From assembly GCA_963765575.1 (NCBI GenBank), contig CAVXWZ010000008.1, positions 96,001-160,000 on the forward strand: a DNA stretch of 64,000 bases. Direction: 5' to 3'. The notes under the pieces are model-generated. The model had not been told where the DNA came from. It searched no databases and was given only the letters and a program-made list of their open reading frames with translations. The position numbers and the translations under genes are program-made. The stretch is from an uncultured cyanobacterium (GTDB lineage Bacteria; Cyanobacteriota; Cyanobacteriia; PCC-6307; Cyanobiaceae). Below, piece by piece: positions 52,798 to 64,000 of the stretch; the stretch's first letter is position 1; each line of letters opens with the position of its first letter.

Positions 52798-53139
52798 TCA
52801 GGCCCAGCCCTTGGCGGCCATTTCGTCGACGTAGGCGGCCACGTCGGCGATGTCGGCATCGCTCAGCTTGCCCAGGAAGGCGGGCATGGCGTTGCGGCCG
52901 TTGGAGACCTGATAGGCGATGGCAGCCACGTGGTCGTCGCCATAGCCGGTGAGGTAGGCCTCGAGGGCCTCTTTCTTGAGGGTGCGTTCGGCGTTGACCA
53001 CGTTGCCGCCGCCCATGTGGCAGGCGGCACAGTTGGCCGAGAAGATCTGGCCGCCATGGGCCACGTCGGCGGCATAGCTGGGAGCAGCGCCCAGCACCAA
53101 CGCCAGACACAGAGCAATCAAAGAGAGGAATCGGCGCAT
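52798..53139 (-). CDS. petJ: Cytochrome c6
   Basis: Signal peptide, FSANCAACHMGGGN, RTLKKEAL, GRNAMPAF, VAAYV..GW. Confidence 0.95.
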   Translation of the reverse strand: MRRFLSLIALCLALVLGAAPSYAADVAHGGQIFSANCAACHMGGGNVVNAERTLKKEALEAYLTGYGDDHVAAIAYQVSNGRNAMPAFLGKLSDADIADVAAYVDEMAAKGWA

Positions 53140-53210
53140 GGAAGGGCGCTTGAAATCAGAGTCGTCCCGGCAAACGTAAACGCTGGCTGCGGCCTGGTGC
53201 TCTCGGATGC

Positions 53211-54269
53211 TCAGCTTCGAAACATTTGCCACAGCCGCGCTCCCAGCCGCCGCCGTCGGGGCAGGCCCGCGTCGGCGAACACCGCCTCGAGGCTGGGGGC
53301 ATGGCTCACCAGGCCGAAGCGCTCCGGCGGGCTGATGGGCTCGTGCACGAAGTGCCGCTGGCCGATTGAAAAGCGGTCCCAGGGGGTGACCTCCAGGCGC
53401 AGCAGGCGGATCAGGCTCTCCACCAACCAGGGGGTGATCTCGAACCCGCAGGGCGGCAGCCAGCAGCCGCGCCAGCGCCCCAGGCGGCGCACCGTGGCGT
53501 TCACGCTCAGCGCTGGCTGACCCAGCACCAGGCGCCGCACCCGCCCCTGGCCGGGCTCGGGATTGCTGCCCTGGGGCTGCCCGACCAGGTGCAGACACAC
53601 CCGGGCGATGTCGGCGGCATGGATGAAATGGAAGCTGGCCTCCACCCGCAGCCATGGCGCCAGCCACAGCCAGCGGCAGGCCTCCGCCAGGCCGGCGGTG
53701 AGATAGCTGGTGGGGAAGGGCCCAGCCCCATCCACCCGTCCGCCGAACACCAGGGTGGGGAAGAGGGCCACGATCCGATCCGCCAGCGGATGGTCCTCCA
53801 GCTGCTGCAGGCAGAGGGCTTTGGTCTGGATGTACTCGGTGCCCTGGCTGAGGGCCTCGGGCAGCAGCCGCAGCTGGCGGTCGAGCACCGAGGCGGTGGA
53901 GAAATAGATCACCTGCTCCAGCCATTCGGGGCTGGTGAAGGCCAGCAACTGCTTCACCGCCACCACGTTCACGGCCATGGCCCGCTGTGGATCTCCCCAG
54001 GCCGTGGCGGTGTGGATCACCCGGGTGGCGCTGGCGATGGCGCCGGCGTGGCGGTCCAGTTCGCGCAGATCTCCCACCAGCACCGTGATGCGCGGATGGT
54101 TGCGGGGAACCGCCGTGAGCTTGGCCGGATCGCGCACCAGCAGCAGCAACTCAGCGCTGGTGTCCTGGAGCAGTAGCTGGGCGATGTGCTGGCCCACGCA
54201 ACCGCTGGCCCCGGTGATCAGGATGCGCTCAGGTCGGCGCCGCACCCCGGTGCCCGAGGCTGCGCTCAA
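53211..54269 (-). CDS. NAD-dependent epimerase/dehydratase family protein
   Basis: [37 protein letters not shown]. Confidence 0.88.
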   Translation of the reverse strand: MSAASGTGVRRRPERILITGASGCVGQHIAQLLLQDTSAELLLLVRDPAKLTAVPRNHPRITVLVGDLRELDRHAGAIASATRVIHTATAWGDPQRAMAVNVVAVKQLLAFTSPEWLEQVIYFSTASVLDRQLRLLPEALSQGTEYIQTKALCLQQLEDHPLADRIVALFPTLVFGGRVDGAGPFPTSYLTAGLAEACRWLWLAPWLRVEASFHFIHAADIARVCLHLVGQPQGSNPEPGQGRVRRLVLGQPALSVNATVRRLGRWRGCWLPPCGFEITPWLVESLIRLLRLEVTPWDRFSIGQRHFVHEPISPPERFGLVSHAPSLEAVFADAGLPRRRRLGARLWQMFRS

Positions 54270-55324
54270 GCAGCGGCTCCGAGCAGCTCGCTCACCGCCT
54301 TGCCGGTTTCAAAGAACACGCGGGCGTTGTCTTCCGGGGTGCCCGGCAGGATGCCGTGGCCGAGGTTGAGGATGTGGCGGCGGCCGCGGGCCTTGCGCAC
54401 CGTGTCGAGGATGCGCGCGCGGATCCCCTCCGGGGTGCCGAACAGCAGGCCCGGATCCACATTGCCCTGCACGCCGAGGTGCTCGGGCAGCCGGGCGCAG
54501 CCGTCGGCCATGTCCACGGTCCAGTCCAGGGAGATGAAGTCCACCCCGGTGCTGGCCATGCGCTCGAGCACGCCGGCGCTGCCGGAGATGTAGAGGATCA
54601 GGGGGGTGTCGGGGTGGGTGGCCTTCACCTGATCGATCACCCGCTTCTGGTACGGGGCGGCGAACAGGTCGTAGTCGATCGGGCTCAGCTGTCCGGCCCA
54701 GGAATCGAACAGCTGCACCACCTGGGCCCCCGAATCGATCTGGTAGCGCACGTAGGTGGCGATCGCATCGGCCAGGTGGCCCAGCAGCTGGTGCAGCAGC
54801 GCCGGCTCCTGGAAGGCCATCGCCTTGATCACGGAGTAGGTCTTGGAGCTCTTGCCCTCCACCGCGTAGGCGGCCAGGGTCCAGGGAGCCCCCACGAAGC
54901 CGAGCACGGCGGCGGCGTTGCCCACATCGGCCCGCAGCCGGCCCAGCACCTCGCCCACGAACGGCAGCGCCTCGGCCGGATTGAGGGGCCGCAGGGCATC
55001 CACCTGGGCCTGGCTGCGGATGGCGGGCTCGATCACGGGCCCCTTGCTCTCGATGATGTCGAAGTCGATGCCGATCCCCGGCAGGGGCGTGAGGATGTCG
55101 GAGAACAGGATCACCCCGTCGGGCTGGAAAGCCCGGAACGGCTGCATCGAGATCTCGTAGGAGAGATCGGGATTCTCCGAGCGCTCGCGGAAGCCCGGAT
55201 GGCGGTCGCGCAGGTCGCGGTAGACCTTCATGTAACGCCCCGCCTGGCGCATCATCCACACCGGCGGCCGCTCCACCTGCTCACCTCGGGCGGCGCGCAG
55301 CAGCAGGGGAGCGGTTTCGGCCAT
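54266..55324 (-). CDS. hemE: Uroporphyrinogen decarboxylase
   Basis: [43 protein letters not shown]. Confidence 0.98.
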   Translation of the reverse strand: MAETAPLLLRAARGEQVERPPVWMMRQAGRYMKVYRDLRDRHPGFRERSENPDLSYEISMQPFRAFQPDGVILFSDILTPLPGIGIDFDIIESKGPVIEPAIRSQAQVDALRPLNPAEALPFVGEVLGRLRADVGNAAAVLGFVGAPWTLAAYAVEGKSSKTYSVIKAMAFQEPALLHQLLGHLADAIATYVRYQIDSGAQVVQLFDSWAGQLSPIDYDLFAAPYQKRVIDQVKATHPDTPLILYISGSAGVLERMASTGVDFISLDWTVDMADGCARLPEHLGVQGNVDPGLLFGTPEGIRARILDTVRKARGRRHILNLGHGILPGTPEDNARVFFETGKAVSELLGAAA

Positions 55325-55352
55325 TGAGCAGCTGTGGCGGGCGTTCTGGAAC

Positions 55353-57653
55353 CTAGCGGACGGGCATTCCGCCATCCCCGTCTGGCCGGCTCACCGTCTC
55401 GTCGCGGCGGAGCACCAGCACCGACAGCGGCGGCAGGCAGAGGTCGAGGGAGTGCTCGTAGCCGTGGATGCCCCAGACGTCGGTGAACTTGCCGCCGAGA
55501 TTGCCGAGGTTGCTGCCCCCGTAGCGATCGGCGTCGGTGTTGAAGGCCTCGGCGTAAAAGCCCTCCATGGGCACCCCCACCCGGTAGTGGGAATGGCAGT
55601 GGGGGGTGAAGTTGGCCACCACCACCAGCCAGCGGCCGCTGCTGCTGTCGCGGCGCATGAAGCTGATCACCGAATGGCGGTTGTCGGCGCAGTCGATCCA
55701 CTGGAAGCCGTACTCGCTGAAGTCCTCGCCCCACAGCGCCCGCTCCGACCGGTAGAAGCTGTTGAGGTCGTCGACCAGATACTGCAGACCCTGGTGCATC
55801 TCGAATTGCAGCAGGTCCCACTGCAGATCACCCCAGACGTTCCACTCCGAACGCTGGCCGAACTCCATACCCATGAAGATCGTCTTCTTGCCAGGGTGGG
55901 TCCACATGTAGGCCAGCAGAGCACGCACATTGGCGAACTTCTGCCAGTCGTCGCCTGGCATCTTGTGGAGAAGATTGCTCTTGCCATGCACCACCTCATC
56001 GTGGCTCAGGGCGAGCATGAAGTTTTCGGTGTAGGCATACCAGATCGAGAACGTGACGTTGTTCTGGTGAAACTGGCGGAACCACGGATCCAGCTCGAAG
56101 TAATCGAGCATGTCGTGCATCCAGCCCATGTTCCACTTGAGGTTGAAGCCAAGGCCGCCGGTGTTGGTGGGCTGGGTGACCATCGGCCAGGTGGTGGATT
56201 CCTCGGCGATCGAGAGGGCCCCAGGGAAGTGCTGGAACAGCACGTGGTTGGCCTGCTGTAGGAAGAGCACCGCCTCAGTGTTCTCGCGGCCGCCCTGGTC
56301 ATTGGCCAGCCATTCCCCGTCGGGCCTGAGGTAGTCGCGGTAGAGCATCGAGGCCACCGCATCCACGCGGATGCCGTCGATATGGAACTCCTCAAACCAG
56401 TAGATGAGGTTCGCAACCAGGAAGTTGCGCACCTCATTGCGGCTGTAATTGAAGATCAGGGTGCCCCATTCCTTGTGCTCGCCGATGCGCGGGTCGGCGT
56501 GCTCATAGAGGTGGGCGCCATCGAAGAAGGCCAGACCGTGGGCGTCCTTGGGGAAGTGGCCCGGCACCCAGTCGAGGATCACACCGAGGCCCTCGGCGTG
56601 GCAGCGATCGACGAAGGCCCGGAACTCCTCGGGAGTGCCGTAGCGGCTGGTGGGGGCGTACCAGCCCGTGACCTGATAGCCCCAGGAGCCATCGAAGGGA
56701 TGCTCCGAGATCGGCATCAGCTCGATGTGGGTGAAGCCCCGGTCCTTCACATAGGGAATCAGCCGTTCGGTCAGCTCCGGATAGGTGAGCAGGCGCGCCC
56801 CGGGCTTGAGGTCGGCGGCGGGTACCGGCGGCCGTGCCGTGCCGTCGGCCTCGATGTAGGGGGCGTCGGCAGCGGCATGCATCCAGCTGCCCAGATGCAT
56901 CTCGTAGACCGCGATCGGCTGCTCAATCGGATTGCGGCTGTCGCGCTCGGCCATCCAGGCCTGATCGCTCCAGCTGTAGCCGCCCAGCGGCTGCACGATG
57001 GAGGCGTTGGCCGGCCGCACCTCGTGGCGGAATCCGTAGGGATCGGCCTTCTGGTAGCAGTGGCCAGCCTGGCTGCGGATTTCGTACTTGTAGATCGCTC
57101 CGGCGTCCAAGGCGGGAACGAACAGTTCCCAGAGTCCACCCAGCCGGCGCTGCATCGGCAGATGGCGGCCGTCCCAGTTGTTGAAGGGGCCCAACACAGC
57201 CACGCTGCGGGCGTTGGGGGCCCAGAGGCAGAACATCACCCCGGCCACGCCCTCGCGCTCGCAGAGGTGGGCACCCAGCCGCCGCCACACGTGGTGGTGG
57301 TTGCCTTCCGCGAACAGATGGCGATCCAGTTCGCCCATCCACTCCTCGCGGAAGGCCCAGGGGTCGTGGGCCTCATGGCTGATGTCGCCGCGTTGCACCC
57401 ACACCCGGTAGTCGCTGCCTGGGTTGTGGGTCAGGGTCGCCTCAAACACCCAGGGGTGGTGGGGGGTGCTGGTGGGGTGACGCTCCGATCCCAGCAGCAG
57501 CTCCACCCGCTCGGCCTCCGGCATCCACACCCGCACCACCCAGCCGCCGCCATCGAGGGGCTGGGGTCCAAGTAGCGAGAAGGGGTGGTCGTGACGGCAT
57601 TCCGCAAGGCGCAATCCGTCCTCCACCATCCAGTCGAGAGTGGGGACGGGCAT
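55353..57653 (-). CDS. glgB: 1,4-alpha-glucan branching enzyme
   Basis: [53 protein letters not shown]. Confidence 0.98.
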   Translation of the reverse strand: MPVPTLDWMVEDGLRLAECRHDHPFSLLGPQPLDGGGWVVRVWMPEAERVELLLGSERHPTSTPHHPWVFEATLTHNPGSDYRVWVQRGDISHEAHDPWAFREEWMGELDRHLFAEGNHHHVWRRLGAHLCEREGVAGVMFCLWAPNARSVAVLGPFNNWDGRHLPMQRRLGGLWELFVPALDAGAIYKYEIRSQAGHCYQKADPYGFRHEVRPANASIVQPLGGYSWSDQAWMAERDSRNPIEQPIAVYEMHLGSWMHAAADAPYIEADGTARPPVPAADLKPGARLLTYPELTERLIPYVKDRGFTHIELMPISEHPFDGSWGYQVTGWYAPTSRYGTPEEFRAFVDRCHAEGLGVILDWVPGHFPKDAHGLAFFDGAHLYEHADPRIGEHKEWGTLIFNYSRNEVRNFLVANLIYWFEEFHIDGIRVDAVASMLYRDYLRPDGEWLANDQGGRENTEAVLFLQQANHVLFQHFPGALSIAEESTTWPMVTQPTNTGGLGFNLKWNMGWMHDMLDYFELDPWFRQFHQNNVTFSIWYAYTENFMLALSHDEVVHGKSNLLHKMPGDDWQKFANVRALLAYMWTHPGKKTIFMGMEFGQRSEWNVWGDLQWDLLQFEMHQGLQYLVDDLNSFYRSERALWGEDFSEYGFQWIDCADNRHSVISFMRRDSSSGRWLVVVANFTPHCHSHYRVGVPMEGFYAEAFNTDADRYGGSNLGNLGGKFTDVWGIHGYEHSLDLCLPPLSVLVLRRDETVSRPDGDGGMPVR

Positions 57654-57723
57654 GGCGGATCAGCGTGGGCGGGGCGAGCTTAGGGCGGTTGCCGCTGCCC
57701 AGCCCCGCCTGCTGGAGGGCGCT

Positions 57724-58551
57724 TCAGGGCTTGCTTCCAGCCTCGCTGCCGTCGTCGGCGAACTTGCGGGGGCGGATCGGATCCTGGGGGAAGTTCACAC
57801 CCACGATCTCGTTGTTGGTGTTGAGGATCACGAACAGGGAGTCGGTGACCTCCTTGAAGTCGGTGAAGACCAGCACCAGCTGGGCCTGATCGTTGCTGTC
57901 GGCCTCCACCACCCTGCGCACCGCCACGAAATCACCGGTGCGACGCTGCAGTCCCCGCCAGCGCTGTTGGAGCGCGGCGGCGGTGAAGTCCTGCTGCATG
58001 GGCAGGCTGAGGAAGCTCTGGGCTGTCACATACTGTCCCGAGCCTAGGGCCTTGACAAAATCGCTGGCCACCTTGGAGGGCTTGGCGTCGGTGAGATCAA
58101 CGTGGTAAGCCTCCAGTTGGCCCCGGTCGTTGAGCACCATGAACAGATCCAGGGGGCCGTCCGCCGTCTTCAGGCTGGCCTCCACGGTGGTCGTGTTCAG
58201 GCCGCCGCGCACGCTCAGTAGCGTCCAGCTCTGCAGGCGGGGTTCGCTGCGGATGCGCTCCGCCACCAGTGCCGGACTGCTGATCGCCTTGAGGGCGTCG
58301 GAGAACTGGGCGAAGCGCAGCTCGGGGTTGCGGGTTTGTACCGCCTCCAGGATGCGGCTGGCGGCCTTGCGGGCTTCGGCCACGCTCAGCCTCGATGTCG
58401 CCTGGGCGGTTGTGGTTGCCTCTGCTGGCTGTCCCGGGGCCTGGGCGAGGGCTGCACCGGGGCGGCCCCCCAGCACCAGGCCCACAGCCAGACCGACAGC
58501 CACAACGGCGAAGCGAGGGGTCACGACGAGCGGCATCAGGGTGCGGGGCAC
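57724..58551 (-). CDS. Secreted DUF3887-type protein
   Basis: Signal peptide; ASDFVKALGSGQYVTAQSFLSLPMQ..LQQRW helix motif, apparently duplicated. Confidence 0.7.
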   Translation of the reverse strand: MPRTLMPLVVTPRFAVVAVGLAVGLVLGGRPGAALAQAPGQPAEATTTAQATSRLSVAEARKAASRILEAVQTRNPELRFAQFSDALKAISSPALVAERIRSEPRLQSWTLLSVRGGLNTTTVEASLKTADGPLDLFMVLNDRGQLEAYHVDLTDAKPSKVASDFVKALGSGQYVTAQSFLSLPMQQDFTAAALQQRWRGLQRRTGDFVAVRRVVEADSNDQAQLVLVFTDFKEVTDSLFVILNTNNEIVGVNFPQDPIRPRKFADDGSEAGSKP

Positions 58552-60158
58552 GGGTGCCCACAGTTTGCCCCAGGATCCAGGCCCTCCAGCGGCTCCAGGT
58601 TGAGTTCGGCACCACCGGTGTCCAGCTCCAGGGTGATGACGCGATGGCTCGGACCGCTGCCGCCCCAGGGCCGCTCACCCGTGCCCGGATTCACCGCCAC
58701 CTGGGGCCAGGCCGCCGCCGCCAGCGACAGCCGCAGCCGCTCCCCCACCCCCAGCTGCAGCAGCAGGGGCTGCAGCTGCAGCTCCAGCCACCTCGCCTCC
58801 AGGCAGTGGCAGCCCAGCTGACGCACGACTCCGGTGCTGAGCTGCTGCACCGCCCCGTCCGGGGTGAGCCGTGCCAGGGCGGCGCACAGGTCGAAGCCGG
58901 GTTGGTCGGCCCCCACGCGCAGCCGCAGCCGCGGCCGCGCCAGCAGCAGCAACGGGCGCTCCTGGGCTGCGCTGGTGAAGCAGAGCACGTCGCGGCGCCG
59001 GTCTAGATCAGCGCGCTCACAGGGCCCGGGATCGAGGCCCAGGTGACCGCCGCGTCCCGGCACCGGCCGCCAGGGATCATGCACCAGCCAGCGCAGCTGG
59101 GGTCCATCAGCCCGGTCGTTTGCGGTTGATACCAGGGCCTCAGCGCTGAGCCGCCAGCGTCGCCCGGGCTCAAGACCTGCGCTCGTGCCGGCGTCGCTGC
59201 CGGGGGCCATGGGCACCTGCCACCAGCCGCCGTGGCGTGGGTCCTGCACCGCCACCGCCGGCTCGGCTGCGGCCGGGGGGGGCTGGGCGTGCAGGTGACG
59301 ACGGAAGAACTTGAGCAGCAGGCCATCCACCCCCATGCCCCAGTCCAGGTGGCTCCAGGCGCCAATGCGCAGCAGGGGATCGGCTCCGGCCTGCCGGGCC
59401 CGCTGCCAGAGCTCCAGCACCCCGTCCAGGTGTGGGTCGTGCCAGCCTCCCAGCAGCAGCATCGGCCGCTGCCAGAGCGCTGCCGGCGGCTGGTGCCGGA
59501 TCCAGCCCTGGGACTGCCCGGGGTCCTGGCGCAGCCAGCGCAGGGCCATGCCCTGCGGATCCAGCTGCTCCAACAGCGCCGGACCCTCCTCCAGAAAGCG
59601 GCCGTTCTCAAGGCTGGCGCGGATGCGTTGCCAGCCATTGCCATCGCCGCGCCGGCGGCAGCCCAGGGCCGCCAGCTGCAAGCCCCAGCCCAGGCCCAGG
59701 GCCCACCAGTGGGCACCACCGCTGCTGGCCCAGTGCCGCCGCTCATCCAGCCCCGCCATCGCCGGGGCCAGACAGTCAGGCAGCCCATCGCTGTCGTCGG
59801 CATCGCTGAGCAGCTGGGTGAGGCCCTGGTATGAGAAGCCGTACATCCCCACCCGGCCATTGCTGCCGGGCAGGCGCCGCGCCCAGCGCAGGCTGTCGGC
59901 TCCGTCGCGGGCCTCCTGGGCGAAACCGCTGAACCGGCCTTCGGAGTCGCCCTGGCCGCGCACGTCCTGCACCACCACCAGGAAGCCCTGGCGGGCAAAC
60001 CAGAGTGGATGGGCGATGGTGGGCGTGGAGGCGATGGCGCGGCCGTAGGGCTGGCGCATCAGCAGCACCGGCCAGGGAGCGGCTGTGTCGGGCTGCCAGA
60101 CCCGGCTGATCAGGCGTGTGCCATCACGGCAGCTCAGCCATGCGTCCCGCCCGTGCAT
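58536..60158 (-). CDS. CocE/NonD family hydrolase
   Basis: RDGTRL, MRQPYG, QDVRGQGDSEG, SNGRVGMYGFSYQG, GGWHD. Confidence 0.92.
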   Translation of the reverse strand: MHGRDAWLSCRDGTRLISRVWQPDTAAPWPVLLMRQPYGRAIASTPTIAHPLWFARQGFLVVVQDVRGQGDSEGRFSGFAQEARDGADSLRWARRLPGSNGRVGMYGFSYQGLTQLLSDADDSDGLPDCLAPAMAGLDERRHWASSGGAHWWALGLGWGLQLAALGCRRRGDGNGWQRIRASLENGRFLEEGPALLEQLDPQGMALRWLRQDPGQSQGWIRHQPPAALWQRPMLLLGGWHDPHLDGVLELWQRARQAGADPLLRIGAWSHLDWGMGVDGLLLKFFRRHLHAQPPPAAAEPAVAVQDPRHGGWWQVPMAPGSDAGTSAGLEPGRRWRLSAEALVSTANDRADGPQLRWLVHDPWRPVPGRGGHLGLDPGPCERADLDRRRDVLCFTSAAQERPLLLLARPRLRLRVGADQPGFDLCAALARLTPDGAVQQLSTGVVRQLGCHCLEARWLELQLQPLLLQLGVGERLRLSLAAAAWPQVAVNPGTGERPWGGSGPSHRVITLELDTGGAELNLEPLEGLDPGANCGHPCPAP

Positions 60159-60169
60159 GGGGCCAAGGG

Positions 60170-60535
60170 TCAGCGCACGTCTGGGCAGTGCATGCCCACC
60201 ACGTAGGTGGTGAGCACCTCGGCATCCACCAGGCTCAACCCCTCCTGGGAGGCGATGGTGCGCGTGGCCCGCTTGCTCGTGTAGGACACGCCCTCTTTAT
60301 TCATCTCCCGCAATTGGCGGCAGAGGGCCTTGGCGCGGCCCGGATTGCGCCGCACCGATTCCAGCAGGCTGGACTGGGCCAGCAGCGGCGGCAGCAGTGG
60401 GGCGCCCGGCAGGGACGCAGCCAGCAGCAGGCCCGCCAGCAGCAGGGGCGGCACCAGGAGGCCTTGGCGCAGCATCCGCGGGGTCGGCAACGGCCGTTTG
60501 CTTGGGTGAGGCAGAGACGGGTTGTGCTCAGCCAC
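60170..60535 (-). CDS. Secreted hypothetical protein (start uncertain)
   Basis: Hydrophobic leader; SLLESVRRNP..LCRQL..DAEVLTTYVVGMHCPDVR. Confidence 0.7.
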   Translation of the reverse strand: MAEHNPSLPHPSKRPLPTPRMLRQGLLVPPLLLAGLLLAASLPGAPLLPPLLAQSSLLESVRRNPGRAKALCRQLREMNKEGVSYTSKRATRTIASQEGLSLVDAEVLTTYVVGMHCPDVR

Positions 60536-60595
60536 GTCCTGTCTGCAACTGCATACATTCCAAGGGCGGTTGCCCCTGCCCAGGCCGCGATGGGG

Positions 60596-60988
60596 TCAGT
60601 TTGTGGCCCGGCGAGCCCGGGCGATCCAGTCCCGCACGGTGGCCAGGTCGGGCGGCGTCACGGCCTGGCCGGTGAGGCGCCGTTGCAGGCGCCCGGTCTG
60701 CACCCACAGCTGCTGCGGCTCGCTCCGCGCCAGCCCGCGGGCATCGGCAACGCCGGCATGCAGCAGCAGGGCGGCCTGGGCCGGATCGAGTCCCACCGCC
60801 ACCACCAGCCGCGCCTGGCCCCGCAAGCGCCGCAGGGTGGGCGCGCTGGCCGTGCCCTCTCCGGCCAGACGACGCAGCTGGGGATCATCCAGCTGGGCCA
60901 GGGCCTGCCAGCTGCGCACCCCATGGCGATCGAGCAGTCGGGCCTCGGCGGCGGCATGGGCCGGCAGCTGCCAGGCCGGCTCACTCAC
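60596..60988 (-). CDS. DUF4332-type helix-hairpin-helix protein
   Basis: LRRLRGQARL, AALLLHAGV, VRDWIARAR; GTG start overlaps the ycf51 stop. Confidence 0.75.
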   Translation of the reverse strand: MSEPAWQLPAHAAAEARLLDRHGVRSWQALAQLDDPQLRRLAGEGTASAPTLRRLRGQARLVVAVGLDPAQAALLLHAGVADARGLARSEPQQLWVQTGRLQRRLTGQAVTPPDLATVRDWIARARRATN

Positions 60989-61467
60989 GGTGTCGCCGGC
61001 GATCCGGTCACGCTCACCGTGCCGTCGGCGAAGTTGCGGGTGGCCTCGGCCACCACCACCGGTCGGCTCAGGCCCGGGGCGACGCGTTCGACCCCGCGCA
61101 GCCGCACCAGCACACGGCCACCGGGGATGGTGCGGCCGCTGCCGCTGAGGTTGCGGGCCACCTGTTCGGCGCTGGCCCGAGCCGTGTCGGCATCCAGGTC
61201 GGGCGACGCGGCGGCCACAACCAGGTCGCCGCCGTTGTCGAACACCACCGGCACACTCACCGCCCCCTCCACCGACACCCGCTGCCGGTAGCTCACGGCG
61301 AAGGCCAGGCAGGACAGCGACAGCAGCAGGGTGAAGCTGGTGATTCCCACCAGGCGGAAGCGAATGCCCCAGCGCAGCAGGAAGGCGGCGACGGTGAGCA
61401 GGGCCAGCACGCCGCCGGCGACTCCCAGCCATTGACCGGCCACGAACAGGATGGGATCGGTGCTCAT
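60985..61467 (-). CDS. ycf51: Ycf51/DUF2518 family membrane protein
   Basis: WGIRFRLVGITSF, VVFDNGGDLVV, GLSRP. Confidence 0.82.
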   Translation of the reverse strand: MSTDPILFVAGQWLGVAGGVLALLTVAAFLLRWGIRFRLVGITSFTLLLSLSCLAFAVSYRQRVSVEGAVSVPVVFDNGGDLVVAAASPDLDADTARASAEQVARNLSGSGRTIPGGRVLVRLRGVERVAPGLSRPVVVAEATRNFADGTVSVTGSPATP

Positions 61468-61559
61468 CAGAGGGGGTTCATGGGTTTGGGCTCATCGGTT
61501 GGGGCCCCTTGGCAACGCCCTTATATTGCGGCCGTGCTGAGCATGGCGTCTCCAGGTTC

Positions 61560-64000
61560 ATGGCGGAGTTGCCACCTCAGGGCCCGCCACCGTCCCGTCC
61601 GGACCCGTCCAGTCCGGACCCGTCCCCCGCGGAGCCCGACCCAATCGTCCCAGGACGCTTTCGTGGCCTGCTTGCCGGTGGTCGTACGCCGCTGATCCTG
61701 GCGGCCATCGCCGGCGCCGGGGTTTCGGTCGCGCTGCTCTCGCTGAACAGCCTGGCGGCTGCCACCTACCAGCGGCTGCAGCCCAGGGTGGAGCGCCAGC
61801 TCAGCACCACCCTGGGCCAGCCGCTTGAGCTCGGCCCCTACCGGGGCCTGGGCTGGCGAGGCCTGCGGCTGGGGCCCAGCCGGGTGCAGGCCCTGCCGTC
61901 CAACCCCTCCAGCGTGGACGTCGCCGGGATCGGCCTGAGCCTGGATCCGATCGCCAGCCTGCGCCGCCGCCTGCCGGTGCTGGAGGTGAGCCTGGATGGG
62001 CTGGCGGCCAACCTGCGCCCCAACGCCGAAGGCAGCTACTGGCGCCTGCCCGAACCCGACCCCACGGCCGAGCCAGCTCGCCTGGCGGTGCGGCTGCGCT
62101 TGCGCCAACCCGCCCGGCTGCGCATCCATCGGCCCGACGACGAAATCGACCTCTCCCTGCGGGGGAGCCTGGTGATCGAGCCGCAGCAGGCCCAGGCCTC
62201 CGGCCTGCTGCAGGTGCGTCCTGCCGCCCCGGACCTCGCCCGGGCCGGCAGCCTGCAGCTTCGAGGGGGAGGCAACTGGAGAAACCAGACCTGGCAGGGA
62301 CAGGTGACCAGCCGCGGCATCGATCTGGATTGGCCCGCGGCGCTGCTGGGGGTGGGCGGCGAGCTGGAGGGCCGCGTCGATGGCCAACTGCAGCTGGCCT
62401 GGCGTGATGGCGAGCCCGACTGCCGGGGTGACCTGCGCCTGCGCCAGGTGAGCTGGCGGGCGCAGCCGGACCAAGCCACCATCAGGCTGGACCAACCGCG
62501 CTTCAGCTGCCAGGGCACCAGCGTGACCTTGGCGGACAGTGCCTGGAGCCGGGGGGAGCGCCGCGGCCGGCTTGGCCTGCAGGGCCGCTGGCGGCCCGCT
62601 GGGTTGCTGCTGGAAAACCTGCAACTCAGCTCCGGCGGCTCCTGGCTGTGGGCCCAGGGGGTGCTGAGCCCTGAGCCGGCCCTGGCCGGGGAGTGGCAGC
62701 TGGACCCGGCGGACCTGCCCCTGTCGGGCGATGTGTCGCCGGATCTGGTGGGCTCCCAACTGCGCGGCAGCCTGCAGCTGGCGGGCTCCTGGAGCAAGCC
62801 CCAGCTCAGCAGCCGGGTGAGCCAGGCCAGCAACCCCCTGCTGGGTCCCTGGCAGGCGACGCTGCGCTGGCGGGATCAGCGGCTGCTGCTCGATCAGCTC
62901 GCCAGCGATCACCTCTCCGGCCGCGGCAGCCTGCCCCTCGCGCTGGCCGCAGGCCAGGGGCTGCGCAGCGGTTCCCTGGACTTGCGCCTGCGGCTCGACC
63001 GCTATCCGCTGCCCCGCCTCAGCCCCCTGCTCGGGGCCGATCTCCAGGGTGTGGCCGATGCCGACGGCACGATCAAGGGGCCGCTCAGCGGCCTCACCCC
63101 CGAATTCTTCCTGCGGCTTGAGCAGCCCGGGGCCGGGCCGCTGCTGGTGGCCGAAACGTGGGAGGGCAACTGGTTCGGTGACCCTGCCGGGGGAGGACGT
63201 CTGCGGCTGGCCAGCCGCGGGGCCGCCCCGGCTGGACTGCTGGAGGCGCGGCTTGACCGCAGCTGGGTGCCCGTGGCCGTGGACCTGACCCGCAACGACG
63301 GTCAACTGCGCCTGGACGGCAGCCCCCGCGCTTACACCTGGACCGCCAGCGGCTTCCCGCTGGTGGGTCTGCAGCTGGCCCTGGGGCCCGGCGCCCAGTT
63401 ACGCCCCTTGCACGGTGAGCTGAGCGGTGGGGGGCTGCTGGAACTGCAACCGCTGGCGTTCCGCGGCCGGGTGGAGTTCGATCGACCGGCCGTGCTTGGG
63501 GTCACCGCCCAGCGGGTGGTCCTCGACGGCCGCTACCGCGACCGTCGCTACGAGGCCACCGGGCAGATCACCGCTGACGGTGGTGGCGAGCTGGATCTCG
63601 ACTGGAGCGGCCGCTGGCGGGGTGATTACGTGGCTCGACTCAGTGGCCGTGACCTCGATGACGGCCTGGTGCGGCGGCTGCTGGAGGCCTGGCCACGCTG
63701 GCGGGGCGAACCGGGCATCGATCCCGGCAGTGCCGCTGATCTCGGCACCCTGCTGATCGACACCCTCGGCGGCAGCATTGACGGTCAGCTGCTGGCCCTG
63801 AACCGGGCCCATGCCCGCCTGCGGCAGGCTCTGGTGGATCAGCGCGAGCGCCTCACCCCGGCCGAGCGGCTGGATGGCGTGGCGGCCCGGTTTGATCTGG
63901 ACGCGGAGCTGAGTGGTCCGCGGCTGGCCGACACCCGCATCGACGGCAGCGTGCGGGGCCACCTCTGGTTCCCCGGCCTGGACCGCGACGTGGCACTCAC
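61560..64000 (+). CDS. TamB/AsmA-like large envelope protein, 5' part (runs off window end)
   Basis: Reading frame from ATG 61560; N-terminal TM, then YQRLQPRVERQLSTTLGQPLELGPYRGL and long Gly/Leu-rich beta-strand sequence. Confidence 0.75.
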   Translation, partial: MAELPPQGPPPSRPDPSSPDPSPAEPDPIVPGRFRGLLAGGRTPLILAAIAGAGVSVALLSLNSLAAATYQRLQPRVERQLSTTLGQPLELGPYRGLGWRGLRLGPSRVQALPSNPSSVDVAGIGLSLDPIASLRRRLPVLEVSLDGLAANLRPNAEGSYWRLPEPDPTAEPARLAVRLRLRQPARLRIHRPDDEIDLSLRGSLVIEPQQAQASGLLQVRPAAPDLARAGSLQLRGGGNWRNQTWQGQVTSRGIDLDWPAALLGVGGELEGRVDGQLQLAWRDGEPDCRGDLRLRQVSWRAQPDQATIRLDQPRFSCQGTSVTLADSAWSRGERRGRLGLQGRWRPAGLLLENLQLSSGGSWLWAQGVLSPEPALAGEWQLDPADLPLSGDVSPDLVGSQLRGSLQLAGSWSKPQLSSRVSQASNPLLGPWQATLRWRDQRLLLDQLASDHLSGRGSLPLALAAGQGLRSGSLDLRLRLDRYPLPRLSPLLGADLQGVADADGTIKGPLSGLTPEFFLRLEQPGAGPLLVAETWEGNWFGDPAGGGRLRLASRGAAPAGLLEARLDRSWVPVAVDLTRNDGQLRLDGSPRAYTWTASGFPLVGLQLALGPGAQLRPLHGELSGGGLLELQPLAFRGRVEFDRPAVLGVTAQRVVLDGRYRDRRYEATGQITADGGGELDLDWSGRWRGDYVARLSGRDLDDGLVRRLLEAWPRWRGEPGIDPGSAADLGTLLIDTLGGSIDGQLLALNRAHARLRQALVDQRERLTPAERLDGVAARFDLDAELSGPRLADTRIDGSVRGHLWFPGLDRDVAL

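Overview
GC-rich picocyanobacterial (Cyanobium/Synechococcus-type) chromosome segment. About 1-38.6 kb is core housekeeping: hemH, tyrosine recombinase, cobO, pyrH, frr, tal, ftsI, lepB, ppa, proS, psb27, purA, cobK, ssb, argB, priA, rpoD, hemC, a second ppa and an M32 carboxypeptidase. About 38.7-49.6 kb is a variable stretch of small stress/redox genes (hli, OsmC, DCC, YjbQ, phhB, LPOR-like SDR, DMT, CHAD) with two clearly decayed genes. About 49.6-64 kb is core again (clpB, petJ, hemE, glgB, ycf51, tamB-like). I found no rRNA, tRNA, CRISPR, IS, prophage or defence system. The two clearest anomalies are probably sequencing or assembly errors: an exact 269-bp duplication in a ferredoxin gene around a 226-nt G/T tract, and a 1-bp frameshift in an 18-bp tandem repeat of rpoD. 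The best candidates for uncharacterised biology are a pore-less voltage-sensor-like membrane protein, a long structured rpoD leader, TGAGAC boxes before an excisionase-like HTH gene, and a Cys-repeat secreted peptide beside thiol-redox genes. None is proven novel. All family calls come from motif recognition; no database search was run.
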